A stretch of DNA of 64,000 bases from Candidatus Latescibacterota bacterium (lineage in GTDB: Bacteria; Latescibacterota; UBA2968; UBA8231): the NCBI GenBank assembly GCA_965204725.1, contig OZ242005.1, positions 1,248,001-1,312,000 of the forward strand, in the 5' to 3' direction. A program made the position numbers and the translations under genes. The notes below the pieces were generated by a model that worked only from the letters and a program-made list of their open reading frames with translations, did no database searches and was not told the origin of the DNA. Below, one piece after another: positions 29,017 to 38,839 of the stretch (its first letter is position 1; each line of letters opens with the position of its first letter).

Positions 29017-29053
29017 TCTTGAAGGGTGTAGGGTTGCTATATAAGTGCCTGTC

Positions 29054-29494
29054 CTAGGGGTCGTTGCCGCCGCGCAGCAGGAACATCCCCATTGCGCCGG
29101 TCAGCAGCGGCAGCGTGGCGTCGATGAGGATCCACACGAGGGAGATTGTATCCGCTCCTGCGGCGGTGAATGTGGGGCTGAACAGGATGAACCAGTTCCA
29201 AAAGAACAGGATGCCCACGAATAAGAAGCCGTAGAACTGGACGTTGGCGGCGACAAACTCGCACGTCACCTCAGCGCTGCCGCCCGCGCGATCGGCCGCT
29301 TTCTTGCGGCGGTAGCCGAATAGCATGCCCAACGCGATGGCCAACGCCATCAATGGGTCCAAGATCTCCCAAAGCGGGCTGTACGGCTGCCCTTGGGCGG
29401 AGACGTGATAGAGCGGTTCGACTATGGTGTGGACTGCGACCGCAATCGCCACCAAGACGAGAAATATGCCACTGAGTCGCTTGAGCGTATCCAT
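29054..29494 (-). CDS. Hypothetical 4-TM membrane protein
   Basis: Start MDTLKRLSG with GAGGG RBS; four hydrophobic helices. Confidence 0.7.
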   Translation of the reverse strand: MDTLKRLSGIFLVLVAIAVAVHTIVEPLYHVSAQGQPYSPLWEILDPLMALAIALGMLFGYRRKKAADRAGGSAEVTCEFVAANVQFYGFLFVGILFFWNWFILFSPTFTAAGADTISLVWILIDATLPLLTGAMGMFLLRGGNDP

Positions 29495-29517
29495 AATTCC
29501 CTCTTCTATAGATAGGA

Positions 29518-30402
29518 TTAAAATTTTGCCGGGGATGCAATCGGGACGGAGCGCATCTGCACGTTGACTTCGAGGCGGGTTTCTCCGCCGCCTTGGAGGA
29601 TGCCGCGCGTCGGCGACACGTCTCGATAGTCGCGCCCTACCGCGATGCACACCTTGCCCGGGCCGGTGAGGCTCTCGTTGGTCGGATCGAAGCCGATCCA
29701 GCCCAGCTCGGGCAGCCGGCATTCGACCCAAGCGTGCGTGGCGTTGTTTAGGGCCTGCTCGTCGGATTGCGCGGAGTGCAGGTAGCCCGAGACATAGCGG
29801 GCGGGGATGCCCCAAGAGCGCGCGATGGCGAGCATGAGGTGCGTGTAGTCTTGGCAGACCCCTCGACCCGTCTCGAGGATGTGCTCGACCGGGGATTCCG
29901 CCGAGGTGCTGCCCGGGATGTAGTGCAAGCAGTGGTGGAGCGTGTGCGACAGTTGCAGCAGGCTTTCGAGCGGGTCGTCCAGCGGCGCGATGCCATGCCG
30001 ATCGACAAACGCGGCCAGCGCGGGCGAGGGGCGCACTAGGGCGCTCGGGCGCGTAAAATCCCAATCGGTGAAGGAACTCCCGCGCGAGCAGAGTGCCTCC
30101 CAAGCCCCGGTGGGCAAGCGGCTTGGGAGCGGCGGCGTGGGCAGTGCCTCGACCGTAGAGCGGGTCGTGATCTCCAAAGTTTGGTGCGCTTGGTGGAGGT
30201 CGAGCAGATGGCGCACGTTGCCAAAACAATCCGTCTCGCGGTTTAGGGAGGCCGACGGTCGCGTCTCAATCTCAAAGTTGAGCAGCCGCTGCCCCCGGTT
30301 TTTGCGCGGCTCCAGACAGAGGAGCATCACGCACTGCTGTGCTGGGGCGGTGTAGCAGTAGCGAGAGGTGTGTTCGATCGCATAACGGACGGCTCCGGTC
30401 AT
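29518..30402 (-). CDS. Transglutaminase-like protein with bacterial N-terminal domain
   Basis: IEHTSRYCY, GVCQDYTH, PARYVSGY, HAWVE, GFDPTN, GRDYRDVSP. Confidence 0.93.
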   Translation of the reverse strand: MTGAVRYAIEHTSRYCYTAPAQQCVMLLCLEPRKNRGQRLLNFEIETRPSASLNRETDCFGNVRHLLDLHQAHQTLEITTRSTVEALPTPPLPSRLPTGAWEALCSRGSSFTDWDFTRPSALVRPSPALAAFVDRHGIAPLDDPLESLLQLSHTLHHCLHYIPGSTSAESPVEHILETGRGVCQDYTHLMLAIARSWGIPARYVSGYLHSAQSDEQALNNATHAWVECRLPELGWIGFDPTNESLTGPGKVCIAVGRDYRDVSPTRGILQGGGETRLEVNVQMRSVPIASPAKF

Positions 30403-30406
30403 GATG

Positions 30407-31375
30407 TCAGGATACCGGGGAGTCCTCAATGGCGTACGCGATGTACGCGGCGGTCGCGAGTTCGTGGAGCTTCCGGCAGTGCTCGCCCACCTGCACGAGG
30501 AGTGCTTCGTGGTCGCTCCGGTCCGGCCACTCGTAGCGGATCAGGGCGCACAGCCGGCCGGCGAGCCGCTCGGCCGCCGCCCCCGCCTGCGCGTTCGGGC
30601 TCGCGCCGATGGCCAACAGTTCCGCCGCCAGCGCGTCGAGTACGCGGCACAGCGAGCCGGGCAGCAGGGGATCGGTGACGAGCAGGTCCAGCACTTGGTC
30701 CGGCTGGATCTCGACGCTGTAGCTGCGTTTGTAGGCATCGAATGCTTGGCACGAACGCAACAGGCTCGTCCAATCCGTATCCGAGGTTTCGCCCTGTGCG
30801 CGACCGGCGGAAAGCTGAGCGAGGAGCAAGGCAACCCGTAGCTGGGCGCGTTCAATGAACCGTCCGAGCCGCATAAAACGCCAGCCTTCGTCGCGGTACA
30901 TGGTCGCTTCGGCCACCCCGGTGAAGGTGTTGATCTCCCGCGCGGTCTCCGCGTAGAAGTTTTCCGGGGATACCTTCCAGATATGCTCGATGTCGAGATC
31001 GCAGATCCGCAGCCAAGCCAAGTTCAGGCAGGTCCACATTTGGGCGCTGATGCAGTGGCGCACTTGGCGGGCGTTCTCCCGGCCGAGGGCAAAGCAATTT
31101 CGGACTGAATCGGGATTGTCGCGGTCAAAGGTGAGATCGCCGGCCAAGGTGTAGGAATCGGCGAGGACGTAATCGTCGCTTCCCTCGGACTCGAGGTCGC
31201 CCCCGGGCGGCTGCCGGCTCAGACCGGCGTAGAGCCGGCTCCAACCAAAGTAAATCTCAGAGAGCGGCCGGTCCACCAAAGCCTCCACCTGCAACTGAAG
31301 CAAGCGGCACAGGTGCTCTGTCCGCTCGAGGTAGCGGCCCAGCCAATAAAGGCTCTGTGCGCTGCGCGAGAGCAT
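30407..31375 (-). CDS. Alpha-E domain protein (DUF403)
   Basis: MLSRSAQSLYWLGRYLERTE; RENARQVR; LGRFIERA (duplicated ER motif). Confidence 0.92.
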   Translation of the reverse strand: MLSRSAQSLYWLGRYLERTEHLCRLLQLQVEALVDRPLSEIYFGWSRLYAGLSRQPPGGDLESEGSDDYVLADSYTLAGDLTFDRDNPDSVRNCFALGRENARQVRHCISAQMWTCLNLAWLRICDLDIEHIWKVSPENFYAETAREINTFTGVAEATMYRDEGWRFMRLGRFIERAQLRVALLLAQLSAGRAQGETSDTDWTSLLRSCQAFDAYKRSYSVEIQPDQVLDLLVTDPLLPGSLCRVLDALAAELLAIGASPNAQAGAAAERLAGRLCALIRYEWPDRSDHEALLVQVGEHCRKLHELATAAYIAYAIEDSPVS

Positions 31376-31379
31376 TGGT

Positions 31380-32813
31380 TCAGTCCTCCAGTACCCAAAG
31401 GTCCTTGCCGCCTCCACCTTGGCTGGAGTTGACGACCAAGCTGCCCCGGCGCAAGGCCACGCGGCAGAACCCCCCGGGCACGATGCGAGTCTGGCGGCAG
31501 TGGAGCACGAAGGGACGCAGATCGACGTGCCGCGGTTCAAAGCGGCCTTCAATCAGGCAGGGGGCGCGGGAGAGGGCTTGGACCGGCTGCGCGATGAAGT
31601 CGGCCGGGTCGGCGCGGACCTGCTCGGCGTACTCAGCGCGCTCTTGGGGCGTGGCGTGGGGGCCGATCAACATGCCGTAGCCCCCGGCCTCGCCCACGCG
31701 CTTGACCACCAAATGTTCTAGGTTGTCGAGGGTGTACTCTAGACCCTCTGGTCGGCGGCAGAGGTGGGTCTCGACATTGGGCAGAAGCGGCTCTTCCCCC
31801 AAATAATAGCGGATCATGTCGGGCACGTAGGCGTACACGCTCTTGTCGTCGGCGACTCCCGTGCCGGGCGCGTTGGCCAAGGCCACGTTGCCGAGCTTGT
31901 AGGCGTGTAGCAGCCCGGGCACCCCGAGCAGGGAGTCTGGGCGAAAGATGAGGGGGTCGAGGAAGTCGTCATCTACCCGGCGGTAGATCACATCGACGCG
32001 CCGCAGCCCCTTGGTGGTGCGCATGTAAACGAAGCCGTCGTTGACTAGTAGGTCGCGGCCTTCCACGAGTTGTGCGCCGATCTCTTGCGCGAGGAATAGG
32101 TGCTCGTAAAAAGCCGAGTTATAGACTCCGGGCGAGAGCAGGACGATGCAAGGGTCGGTGCGTCCATCGGGGGCGAGGTCGCGCATGGTCTCGAGCAGCA
32201 CCTGCCCGTAGTGTTCGACCTCCCGCACTCGGCAGCTCCGGTAGAGGCGGCGCAAGCTGGTTTTCACCACCTTGCGGTTGGCGATCATATAGGACACCCC
32301 CGAGGGCACCCGCAGGTTGTCTTCAAGCACGAGGAAGCCGTCGTGGGTGCGGATCAAGTCGGTGCCGCAGACGGCGACCCAAGTGTTGTGGGGGACGGAG
32401 ACGCCGCGCATCTCAATACGGTACTGGGGACAGCCGCGCACCACATCGGCCGGAATAACGCCATCGGCGATGATGCGGCCCTCGCTGTACACGTCCGCTA
32501 GGAAGCGGTTGAGAGCACCGATGCGCTGGGTCAGGCCGCTTTCGAGGTGCTGCCACTCGGCACTGGAAAGGATCCGGGGTACGCAGTCGATGGGAATGAT
32601 GCGCTCATCGGCCTCGTCGTCCCCATAGACGGTGAAGGTGATGCCTTCGGTGGAGAACGAGTGCGTTACCCGCTCTTGGATCGCGCCGAGCTCGTCGGCG
32701 GAGAACCGCCGCAGGGCGTCGTATAACGGACGGCAGTAGTCGCGGGGCGTGCCGTCGGGCCGGAACATTTCGTCGTAGATTGTGGCGTCGAGATCGTAGG
32801 CGTCGAAGTGCAT
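31380..32813 (-). CDS. Circularly permuted type 2 ATP-grasp protein (DUF404/DUF407)
   Basis: YDEM, GITFTVY, LEDNLRVPSGVSYM, YRRVDDDFLDP, NAPGTGVADDK, VVNSSQGGGGKDLWV. Confidence 0.95.
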   Translation of the reverse strand: MHFDAYDLDATIYDEMFRPDGTPRDYCRPLYDALRRFSADELGAIQERVTHSFSTEGITFTVYGDDEADERIIPIDCVPRILSSAEWQHLESGLTQRIGALNRFLADVYSEGRIIADGVIPADVVRGCPQYRIEMRGVSVPHNTWVAVCGTDLIRTHDGFLVLEDNLRVPSGVSYMIANRKVVKTSLRRLYRSCRVREVEHYGQVLLETMRDLAPDGRTDPCIVLLSPGVYNSAFYEHLFLAQEIGAQLVEGRDLLVNDGFVYMRTTKGLRRVDVIYRRVDDDFLDPLIFRPDSLLGVPGLLHAYKLGNVALANAPGTGVADDKSVYAYVPDMIRYYLGEEPLLPNVETHLCRRPEGLEYTLDNLEHLVVKRVGEAGGYGMLIGPHATPQERAEYAEQVRADPADFIAQPVQALSRAPCLIEGRFEPRHVDLRPFVLHCRQTRIVPGGFCRVALRRGSLVVNSSQGGGGKDLWVLED

Positions 32814-32990
32814 GGAACGACTCACTGGGGCCGGTTGCGCGGGCACGGCCGGAGGCGGAAAAGGGTTTCGGCTGCGCTGGTTAAGACCTCACTTTTAGCA
32901 AATATATGGTATCTATTTCAGAAACAACAAATAAATCCCTCTTATTTGATGAGGACCCGGCCCGGCTGGATATGCGCCGCTGGCTGCGTG

Positions 32991-33020
32991 TTGACAGTGT
33001 TAAATGTAGTACAATACAAT
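32991..33020 (+). promoter_or_regulatory. Sigma70-like promoter
   Basis: TTGACA (32991), 18 nt spacer, TACAAT (33015); AAGGAG RBS before ATG 33046. Confidence 0.55.
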
Positions 33021-33045
33021 TTATTACAAGCAAAAGGAGATTGTT

Positions 33046-33270
33046 ATGTCCGATCTGAGTGATCGTGTGGGGCGTATAGAAGGGGAGCTCAATCATCTGG
33101 CGACCAAATCTGATATTGCCGAGGCTAAGTCGGAGTTGCTCGTGCAAATAGCTTCTATCGAAGGGCAACTGAGCACCTTGATCTGGGCTATCCCGGTCTT
33201 CGTTGCCATTGCTTCTTTACTCGTGCAATGGGCCGCTCCCTATCTGTTTCAGCGCAAGGGTCAGACCTGA
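33046..33270 (+). CDS. Small coiled-coil plus TM protein (DUF1640/XhlA-like)
   Basis: RVGRIEGELNHLATKSDI...LIWAIPVFVAIASLLV; strong RBS. Confidence 0.7.
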   Translation: MSDLSDRVGRIEGELNHLATKSDIAEAKSELLVQIASIEGQLSTLIWAIPVFVAIASLLVQWAAPYLFQRKGQT

Positions 33271-33287
33271 GGACAAGGAGGCGAGTA

Positions 33288-33359
33288 ATGAGCCATACAA
33301 CCTTTGCAAGCAACCCCCGTGTCAATCACGCTGGCACGGGGGCTTTTATTTCAAAATAG
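33288..33359 (+). CDS. Putative 23-aa small ORF
   Basis: AAGGAGG 6 nt before ATG; MSHTTFASNPRVNHAGTGAFISK*. Confidence 0.3.
   Translation: MSHTTFASNPRVNHAGTGAFISK
33314..33351 (+). terminator. Intrinsic terminator
   Basis: CCCCCGTGTCA...TGGCACGGGGG stem followed by CTTTTATTT. Confidence 0.65.
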
Positions 33360-33418
33360 CCCACTACCTTTTCTTCAATCGAAATCGGCACGACTCCAAC
33401 TCGCGCTCCGCCGCCGCC

Positions 33419-34672
33419 TCATTCCGCCGTCAGCACCGGCGACTCAGCCGCGCGGGCATAGAGATCGGCGAATTCGGTGCTGCTGTCGTCGTCGAGCAGT
33501 TCGGTGCTCGATCCCCATTCGTCAACCGGATGGTTGCCGCTCTGGAAGAAGGCCCACTTCTGCCCGGAGTTGGCAAAGTAGATGTTGATGCGGCCGGCGC
33601 GGGTGACCTTAATCAGCCGTTTGGGCAGGCGGTGGTCGGCTTGATCGACTCGGTACTTGGCCAGTGCCTCTTCGTCTATTTCAATGCCCAAGCCCGGGGC
33701 TTCGGGCACTTGGGCGTGGCCGCCGAGGACCTCGATCCGCTGTTTGAGCAAGCTGTGCTCGTACAGCTCGTGGCAGGTGATGGTCGGCCACTGGGCTTGG
33801 ACTAGCACCGCGCTCAAGTGTAGCGAGAGTGCGGTGGTTGGCCCGGCCCCGACCATTTGCAAGAAGAAGGGCATGTGCAGGGCCGCACACGTGCGGCCTT
33901 GGCTGATGATCTGGTTGACGCCGCCGCCCAAGATCCAGCCGTCGCAGACGCCGCCCAACTCCAAGCCCTCGCGGGGGTGGATCACGCCGTAGTGGTGGGC
34001 GATGGCCGTGTTGATCTGGGTGCGGAGGAAGCGGTTGCCAGAGGCGTCGTGGCGCGGGATCGGGTCTTCAAAAATTTTGATTTTAGGGAAGGTCTGCTCC
34101 AAGTCGCGCAGCAGGGGGATGGCGTTGGAGGCGTTGTTCAAAAAGGCGTTCCAGTCGGCGTCGATGCGGAAGTGATCGGGCGTGACGGCGCTGATTTGGC
34201 GAATGGTCTCGCGGACGTCGAACCACGGCCGGGTCTTGATTTTTATGCAGGTGTAGCCGAGGGCCACCGCGGTCTGCGCCTCTATGGCGTATCGTTCCGG
34301 CGTCATATCGTGGTCCCAAAACGAGATGGCGCACCAGTCGCGGCACTTGGTGCCCAACAGCTTATAGAGCGGCACGCCGGCCAGTTTGCCGGCAACGTCG
34401 AAAAGGGCCATCTGCAGGCCCGCACCCAAGGAGTCGTCCCATATAGCGGCAAAGGGCGATTGGCCGAGGACGCGCTCGTGGGCTTGGACGCGGCCCCAAG
34501 TGTAGTTCTGGATGGTCTCGCCCCAGCCGACGACGCCGGCGTCGGTTTCGACGCGGGTGATTTCAAGCTCGGACCAGGTGTGAATGCCAGCGCGTTCCAT
34601 GTCGCGGCGGACGCGCTCGACAAACGGCACCTGTAGGGTAAAGCGTTCGACGTGCGTGATGTGGGCAGTCAT
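33419..34672 (-). CDS. Mandelate racemase/muconate lactonizing enzyme (enolase superfamily)
   Basis: ETDAGVVGWGE, ALFDVAGKLAGVPLYKLLG, KIK, IDAD, EDP, PGLGIEIDE. Confidence 0.9.
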   Translation of the reverse strand: MTAHITHVERFTLQVPFVERVRRDMERAGIHTWSELEITRVETDAGVVGWGETIQNYTWGRVQAHERVLGQSPFAAIWDDSLGAGLQMALFDVAGKLAGVPLYKLLGTKCRDWCAISFWDHDMTPERYAIEAQTAVALGYTCIKIKTRPWFDVRETIRQISAVTPDHFRIDADWNAFLNNASNAIPLLRDLEQTFPKIKIFEDPIPRHDASGNRFLRTQINTAIAHHYGVIHPREGLELGGVCDGWILGGGVNQIISQGRTCAALHMPFFLQMVGAGPTTALSLHLSAVLVQAQWPTITCHELYEHSLLKQRIEVLGGHAQVPEAPGLGIEIDEEALAKYRVDQADHRLPKRLIKVTRAGRINIYFANSGQKWAFFQSGNHPVDEWGSSTELLDDDSSTEFADLYARAAESPVLTAE

Positions 34673-34748
34673 GGGTCGCCTTCCTTGGCGTTGGGTGATG
34701 GGGCCGAGTTGGCAAAACGCGAGTTGCAGCGAGCCTCGTCAGACGCAC

Positions 34749-35366
34749 CTAGCGCGGATCGCGCTCTAGGTCGAGCGGTACCGCGTAGCGCGGGTCGGCG
34801 ACCGGGCGGCCCGGTAGCGGCTCCTCCAAAAAGGTGATGCTCTCGTAGTAGTCATCCAGCGCGATAAACAGGCCCACGTTTTCGGCCCATTCCCGCATGC
34901 GCCGGTTGCAACTGTGACGCCACGATAGCACTTCAATGCGCCAGCCTTTGCGGTGCATGCGTTCTAAGTCGGCGTGAAAACCGACGCCGTCGGCAAAGCC
35001 GCTGCCGTCTCCGGTCAGCAGCACTGCGATACCGGGGTCGCCGTTGTAGTCAACGGTATCGCGGAGCATCTGCGTCTGCAAGAGTTGGTCCACGCCCTGC
35101 TCGCCGCCTTGCACCCGGCCGCGCTCCAACAATTCAACGGTAACGCCCTCGTTTTCGAGGCGATTCCACACTTGGCGCATCTCGGGCGGAATGGAGCCGA
35201 CGGCGACCGCGTGTTGCACCGGCCGGTTAGCGCGGGCCAAGGCCAGCAGATTGCGGAAGTGAATACGCATCCGCGAGCGCACCTGCTCGCCCTCTCGCTC
35301 CACCGCGGCCTCTTGTGCGCTGATGAAGATGTTGGAGGTATCCCAATAAATGAAAACCTTGGCCAT
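34749..35366 (-). CDS. NYN domain (LabA/DUF88-like, PIN-fold) protein
   Basis: IYWDTSNIF, EQGVD, LLTGDG, GWRIEVLSW. Confidence 0.85.
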   Translation of the reverse strand: MAKVFIYWDTSNIFISAQEAAVEREGEQVRSRMRIHFRNLLALARANRPVQHAVAVGSIPPEMRQVWNRLENEGVTVELLERGRVQGGEQGVDQLLQTQMLRDTVDYNGDPGIAVLLTGDGSGFADGVGFHADLERMHRKGWRIEVLSWRHSCNRRMREWAENVGLFIALDDYYESITFLEEPLPGRPVADPRYAVPLDLERDPR

Positions 35367-35491
35367 TGCTGCCTGCTGTGCTAGAGGGTTAGAGTTCGTT
35401 TAATCTAGTCTGTGCCGCCACCCGACGCAACGCGATTCGCTTGACGCGCCCGGTGCTCCGCTCTTAATTCCCCGCCTCACTGAGCTAAAGG

Positions 35492-36349
35492 TTGAGCAAC
35501 GAGGGCAAACCGTTAAAGGAGGTTGATCTGCCTACTTCTACCATTTTGTTCGGGGACTGCCGCGTCAAGCTCGGCGGTATCGCGGCGGATTCCGTTGACT
35601 TGATCGTTACATCGCCGCCTTATGCCAATCAGCGTACCAGCACCTATGGAGGGGTGAAGCCGGACGATTATGTGGCTTGGTTTTTGCCGATTGCCGACGA
35701 ACTACAGCGCGTCCTCAAGCCGAGCGGCACCTTCATTTTGAACATCAAGGAATGTGTTGTTAAAGGGGAGCGGCACCCCTATGTGCTGGAATTGATCTTG
35801 GCCCTGCGGCAACGGGGTTGGCTGTGGACGGAGGAATTTGTGTGGCACAAAAAAAACTGCTATCCCGGCAAGTGGCCGAATCGTTTTCGGGATTCTTGGG
35901 AGCGGCTGTTGCAGTTCAACAAGCAGCGCAAATTCAAGATGAACCAAGAAGCCGTGATGGTTCCTGTGGGCGACTGGTATGAGCATCGGATGCACAACCT
36001 AAACGCGACGGATCGCCAGCGCGACGAGTCCAAAGTCGGCAGCGGCTTTGGCAAGAAGGTAGAAAACTGGCTGGGACGCGATAAGGTGTATCCCACCAAT
36101 GTACTGCACCGCGCTACAGAATGTGCCAACCGCAGCCATAGTGCGGCTTTTCCGCACTGGTTGCCGGAGTGGTTTATAGATTTGTTCACCGATCCCGGCG
36201 ATGTGGTGTTGGATCCGTTTATTGGCTCGGGGACAACAGCGTTTGCCGCGCTTGATAAAGGGCGTCATGTCATCGGCATTGAGTTACACGAGCCGTATTA
36301 CGAAGATCTCCAGAAGAAACTCAACCAGAACTTGAGGTTAGCATTATGA
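35492..36349 (+). CDS. Beta-class DNA amino-methyltransferase (likely N4-cytosine)
   Basis: TSPPY catalytic motif before HSAAFP and VLDPFIGSGTT SAM-binding motif. Confidence 0.9.
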   Translation: MSNEGKPLKEVDLPTSTILFGDCRVKLGGIAADSVDLIVTSPPYANQRTSTYGGVKPDDYVAWFLPIADELQRVLKPSGTFILNIKECVVKGERHPYVLELILALRQRGWLWTEEFVWHKKNCYPGKWPNRFRDSWERLLQFNKQRKFKMNQEAVMVPVGDWYEHRMHNLNATDRQRDESKVGSGFGKKVENWLGRDKVYPTNVLHRATECANRSHSAAFPHWLPEWFIDLFTDPGDVVLDPFIGSGTTAFAALDKGRHVIGIELHEPYYEDLQKKLNQNLRLAL

Positions 36350-36355
36350 GCCTAT

Positions 36356-37900
36356 ATGAAAATTGATCACCCATATAGCGGGTGTGTTTTCCACGGTCAC
36401 CTATTGGATTACCTTCGAGAAGTTGGCGAGAGGCACCAGAAGCGGTTTGGGCAGTTTTTTACACCGGATGAAGTAGCCACTTTTATGGTGGATTGGGTGC
36501 TAAATTCGGGGGTGGATGAGGTATTTGACCCGGCGTTTGGATTGGGGGCGTTTCGAGACGCGATTTATGACCGCGCAGGCGTTCAGTTCACAGGGTGTGA
36601 AGTGGATGCTACCATCGTCGAGTTCTGGGAGCGGAATACAGGGGAACGCGCAGATTTTATTACAATTGAGGACTATTTGCTTGCTTGGGGTGGCCAATAC
36701 GCTAGTATCGTTTGCAATCCACCGTACATGCGCTTTCAGAAGTTTCTTAATAGGGACATAGTAGTTCAAGAGTTTGAGAAAAACCTCGGCATAAAGCTAT
36801 CTGGATACGTGAACACCGCTTCGGCCTTCCTACTCAAGTCGCTTTCCGAACTTTCCGCTTATGGTCGATTGGCATATATCATGCCGCTCGAGTTCTTGAA
36901 TACAGGATACGGCACGTTGGTAAAGCAAAAACTCATTGAGTCTGGTCACTTGTGCAGCATTATCAGCTTCGATTGTGAGAAAGACATTTTCCCTGATGCC
37001 ACCACGTCAGTGGGCATCATTTTATACGACAAAGCGGCTTACCATATTGCCGTCCAGTTTTTTCGTCTGCGATCTATGGACGAACTCGCCGCGTTCGAGA
37101 GCCTACAACCCGTTGCTGAGGTGCCTCAATCGGCGTTGGATCCGCAGGCCAAGTGGCTACCTCATTTTCAGGGTACAGCATTCAGCGTCGATCGCCAAAA
37201 GACGACCGCGCTTGCAGACTTTGGAAAGTTTAGCCGCGGCATTGCCACAGGTGCGAATGCGTTTTTCGTCCTAAACCCTACGAGTGTAGCAGTAAGACGC
37301 CTCAATACGACCGAGTGCGTACCTTGCATCGCCAAGAGTTCACAGATTAAAACGGCCATTTTTAGGGAGGCGGATTTTGCGAATAACCCCGTTTTCTTAT
37401 TCTCAGCCTCTGGCAATCCCTCTAAGTCCGCTGAGGATTACATCCGGTTTGGGGAGAACGAGGGCTATCACGAGCGATTTTTAACAAAAAACAGAACGCC
37501 GTGGTACAAAACAGAGACGCGCAGCCCATCACCCCTTTTGTTCGGCGTGTTCTCGCGCAACGGCTACAAGGTCGTATTAAACAAGACCAAGGCGTTGAAC
37601 CTGACTTGCTACCATGGATTCCAACCCAACCTGTTGGGTGCTATATATGTAGAGCACTTATTTCTCTACTTATCGTCGCAAACGGGAAGGCTGATCGTCG
37701 CTCGCTCTATGCGCCAATACGGTCGGGCACTGGACAAGTTTGAACCCAATGATTTGAATGGGGCCTTGGTGCCCACGGCGGCTTTCTTCGATACCATATC
37801 GAGGGAGGAAGTCGCCACCGCCATCCGGTCGTTGGAGGAGAACGGAGCGTTGCCAGAATGGATAGAAGCTGTCTTCGCGCCGTTGAAGTGTGAAGTGTGA
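36356..37900 (+). CDS. Gamma-class N6-adenine DNA methyltransferase (Eco57I/TaqI-like)
   Basis: GQFFTP, FDPAFGLGAF, CNPPY, RGIATGAN.FF, KFEPND; AT-richer than its flanks. Confidence 0.9.
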   Translation: MKIDHPYSGCVFHGHLLDYLREVGERHQKRFGQFFTPDEVATFMVDWVLNSGVDEVFDPAFGLGAFRDAIYDRAGVQFTGCEVDATIVEFWERNTGERADFITIEDYLLAWGGQYASIVCNPPYMRFQKFLNRDIVVQEFEKNLGIKLSGYVNTASAFLLKSLSELSAYGRLAYIMPLEFLNTGYGTLVKQKLIESGHLCSIISFDCEKDIFPDATTSVGIILYDKAAYHIAVQFFRLRSMDELAAFESLQPVAEVPQSALDPQAKWLPHFQGTAFSVDRQKTTALADFGKFSRGIATGANAFFVLNPTSVAVRRLNTTECVPCIAKSSQIKTAIFREADFANNPVFLFSASGNPSKSAEDYIRFGENEGYHERFLTKNRTPWYKTETRSPSPLLFGVFSRNGYKVVLNKTKALNLTCYHGFQPNLLGAIYVEHLFLYLSSQTGRLIVARSMRQYGRALDKFEPNDLNGALVPTAAFFDTISREEVATAIRSLEENGALPEWIEAVFAPLKCEV

Positions 37901-37937
37901 AAGATAAATCACGGGTCACTGATAAAAGGAAAGGATT

Positions 37938-38837
37938 ATGCTACCTATCGTCGATACGCATCAACACCTGTGGGACTTGGCGCAGTTCGCGCTGCCGTGG
38001 TTGGAGGACCCGGCAATGGAGCCGCTGCGGAAAAATCACCTAATGAGCGATTACTTGGCGGCGGCTGAAGGAACTGGCATGGCCCGGACGGTCTATATGG
38101 AAGTCGATGTCGCCGCTGAGCAGCGCGTTGCGGAGGCCGAGTTTGTCGCCAGTCTGTGCAAGGCCGACGACAATCCAATGGCTGGGGCGGTGATCGGAGG
38201 CCGGCCGGGGACGGAGGGTTTCCGCGCCTATATCGAGCGCTTTAAGGGCCATGATTGCATCAAGGGCGTGCGGCAGCAGGTGTTGCACGGGCCCGACGCC
38301 GAGCCGGGGCGGTGCTTGCAAGAGCGTTTCGTCCGCGATGTACAGTACTTGGGTGAGGTCGGCCTGAGCTTCGATTTGTGCCTGCGGCCGAGCGAATTGG
38401 GGGACGCGGTCGGCTTGGTGGATCAGTGCCCGGATACGCGCTTCATCGTCGATCACTGCGGCAACGCCGACCCGCAGATCGTCAACGGCGCAGCCGAGCA
38501 CGATCCGGCCAACCCCTTCAGCCACACCAAAGAGCAGTGGCAGCGCGACATGGCAGCCTTGGCCGAGCGGGAGCGAGTGGGGTGCAAAATATCCGGGATT
38601 GTCGCCCGGGCGTCCGCAGGATGGAGTGCCGACGCGCTGGCGCCGACGGTCGAGCACTGCTTGGACTGCTTTGGGCCGGACCGGGTGGTGTTCGGCGGCG
38701 ACTGGCCGGTGTGCAACTTTGGGGCGAGTTTGGGTGCGTGGGTGGCCGCGTTGCGTACGATCGTGGCCGAGCGGTCGGAGGAAGATCAGGCTAAATTGTT
38801 CGCCGGCAATGCCGAGCGGCTCTACGGATTGGAGTGA
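37938..38837 (+). CDS. Amidohydrolase_2 family sugar lactonase (L-fuconolactonase-like)
   Basis: DTHQHLWD, KGVR, LSFDL, VDHCG, CKISG, FGPDRVVFGGDWPV. Confidence 0.88.
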   Translation: MLPIVDTHQHLWDLAQFALPWLEDPAMEPLRKNHLMSDYLAAAEGTGMARTVYMEVDVAAEQRVAEAEFVASLCKADDNPMAGAVIGGRPGTEGFRAYIERFKGHDCIKGVRQQVLHGPDAEPGRCLQERFVRDVQYLGEVGLSFDLCLRPSELGDAVGLVDQCPDTRFIVDHCGNADPQIVNGAAEHDPANPFSHTKEQWQRDMAALAERERVGCKISGIVARASAGWSADALAPTVEHCLDCFGPDRVVFGGDWPVCNFGASLGAWVAALRTIVAERSEEDQAKLFAGNAERLYGLE

Positions 38838-38839
38838 TT

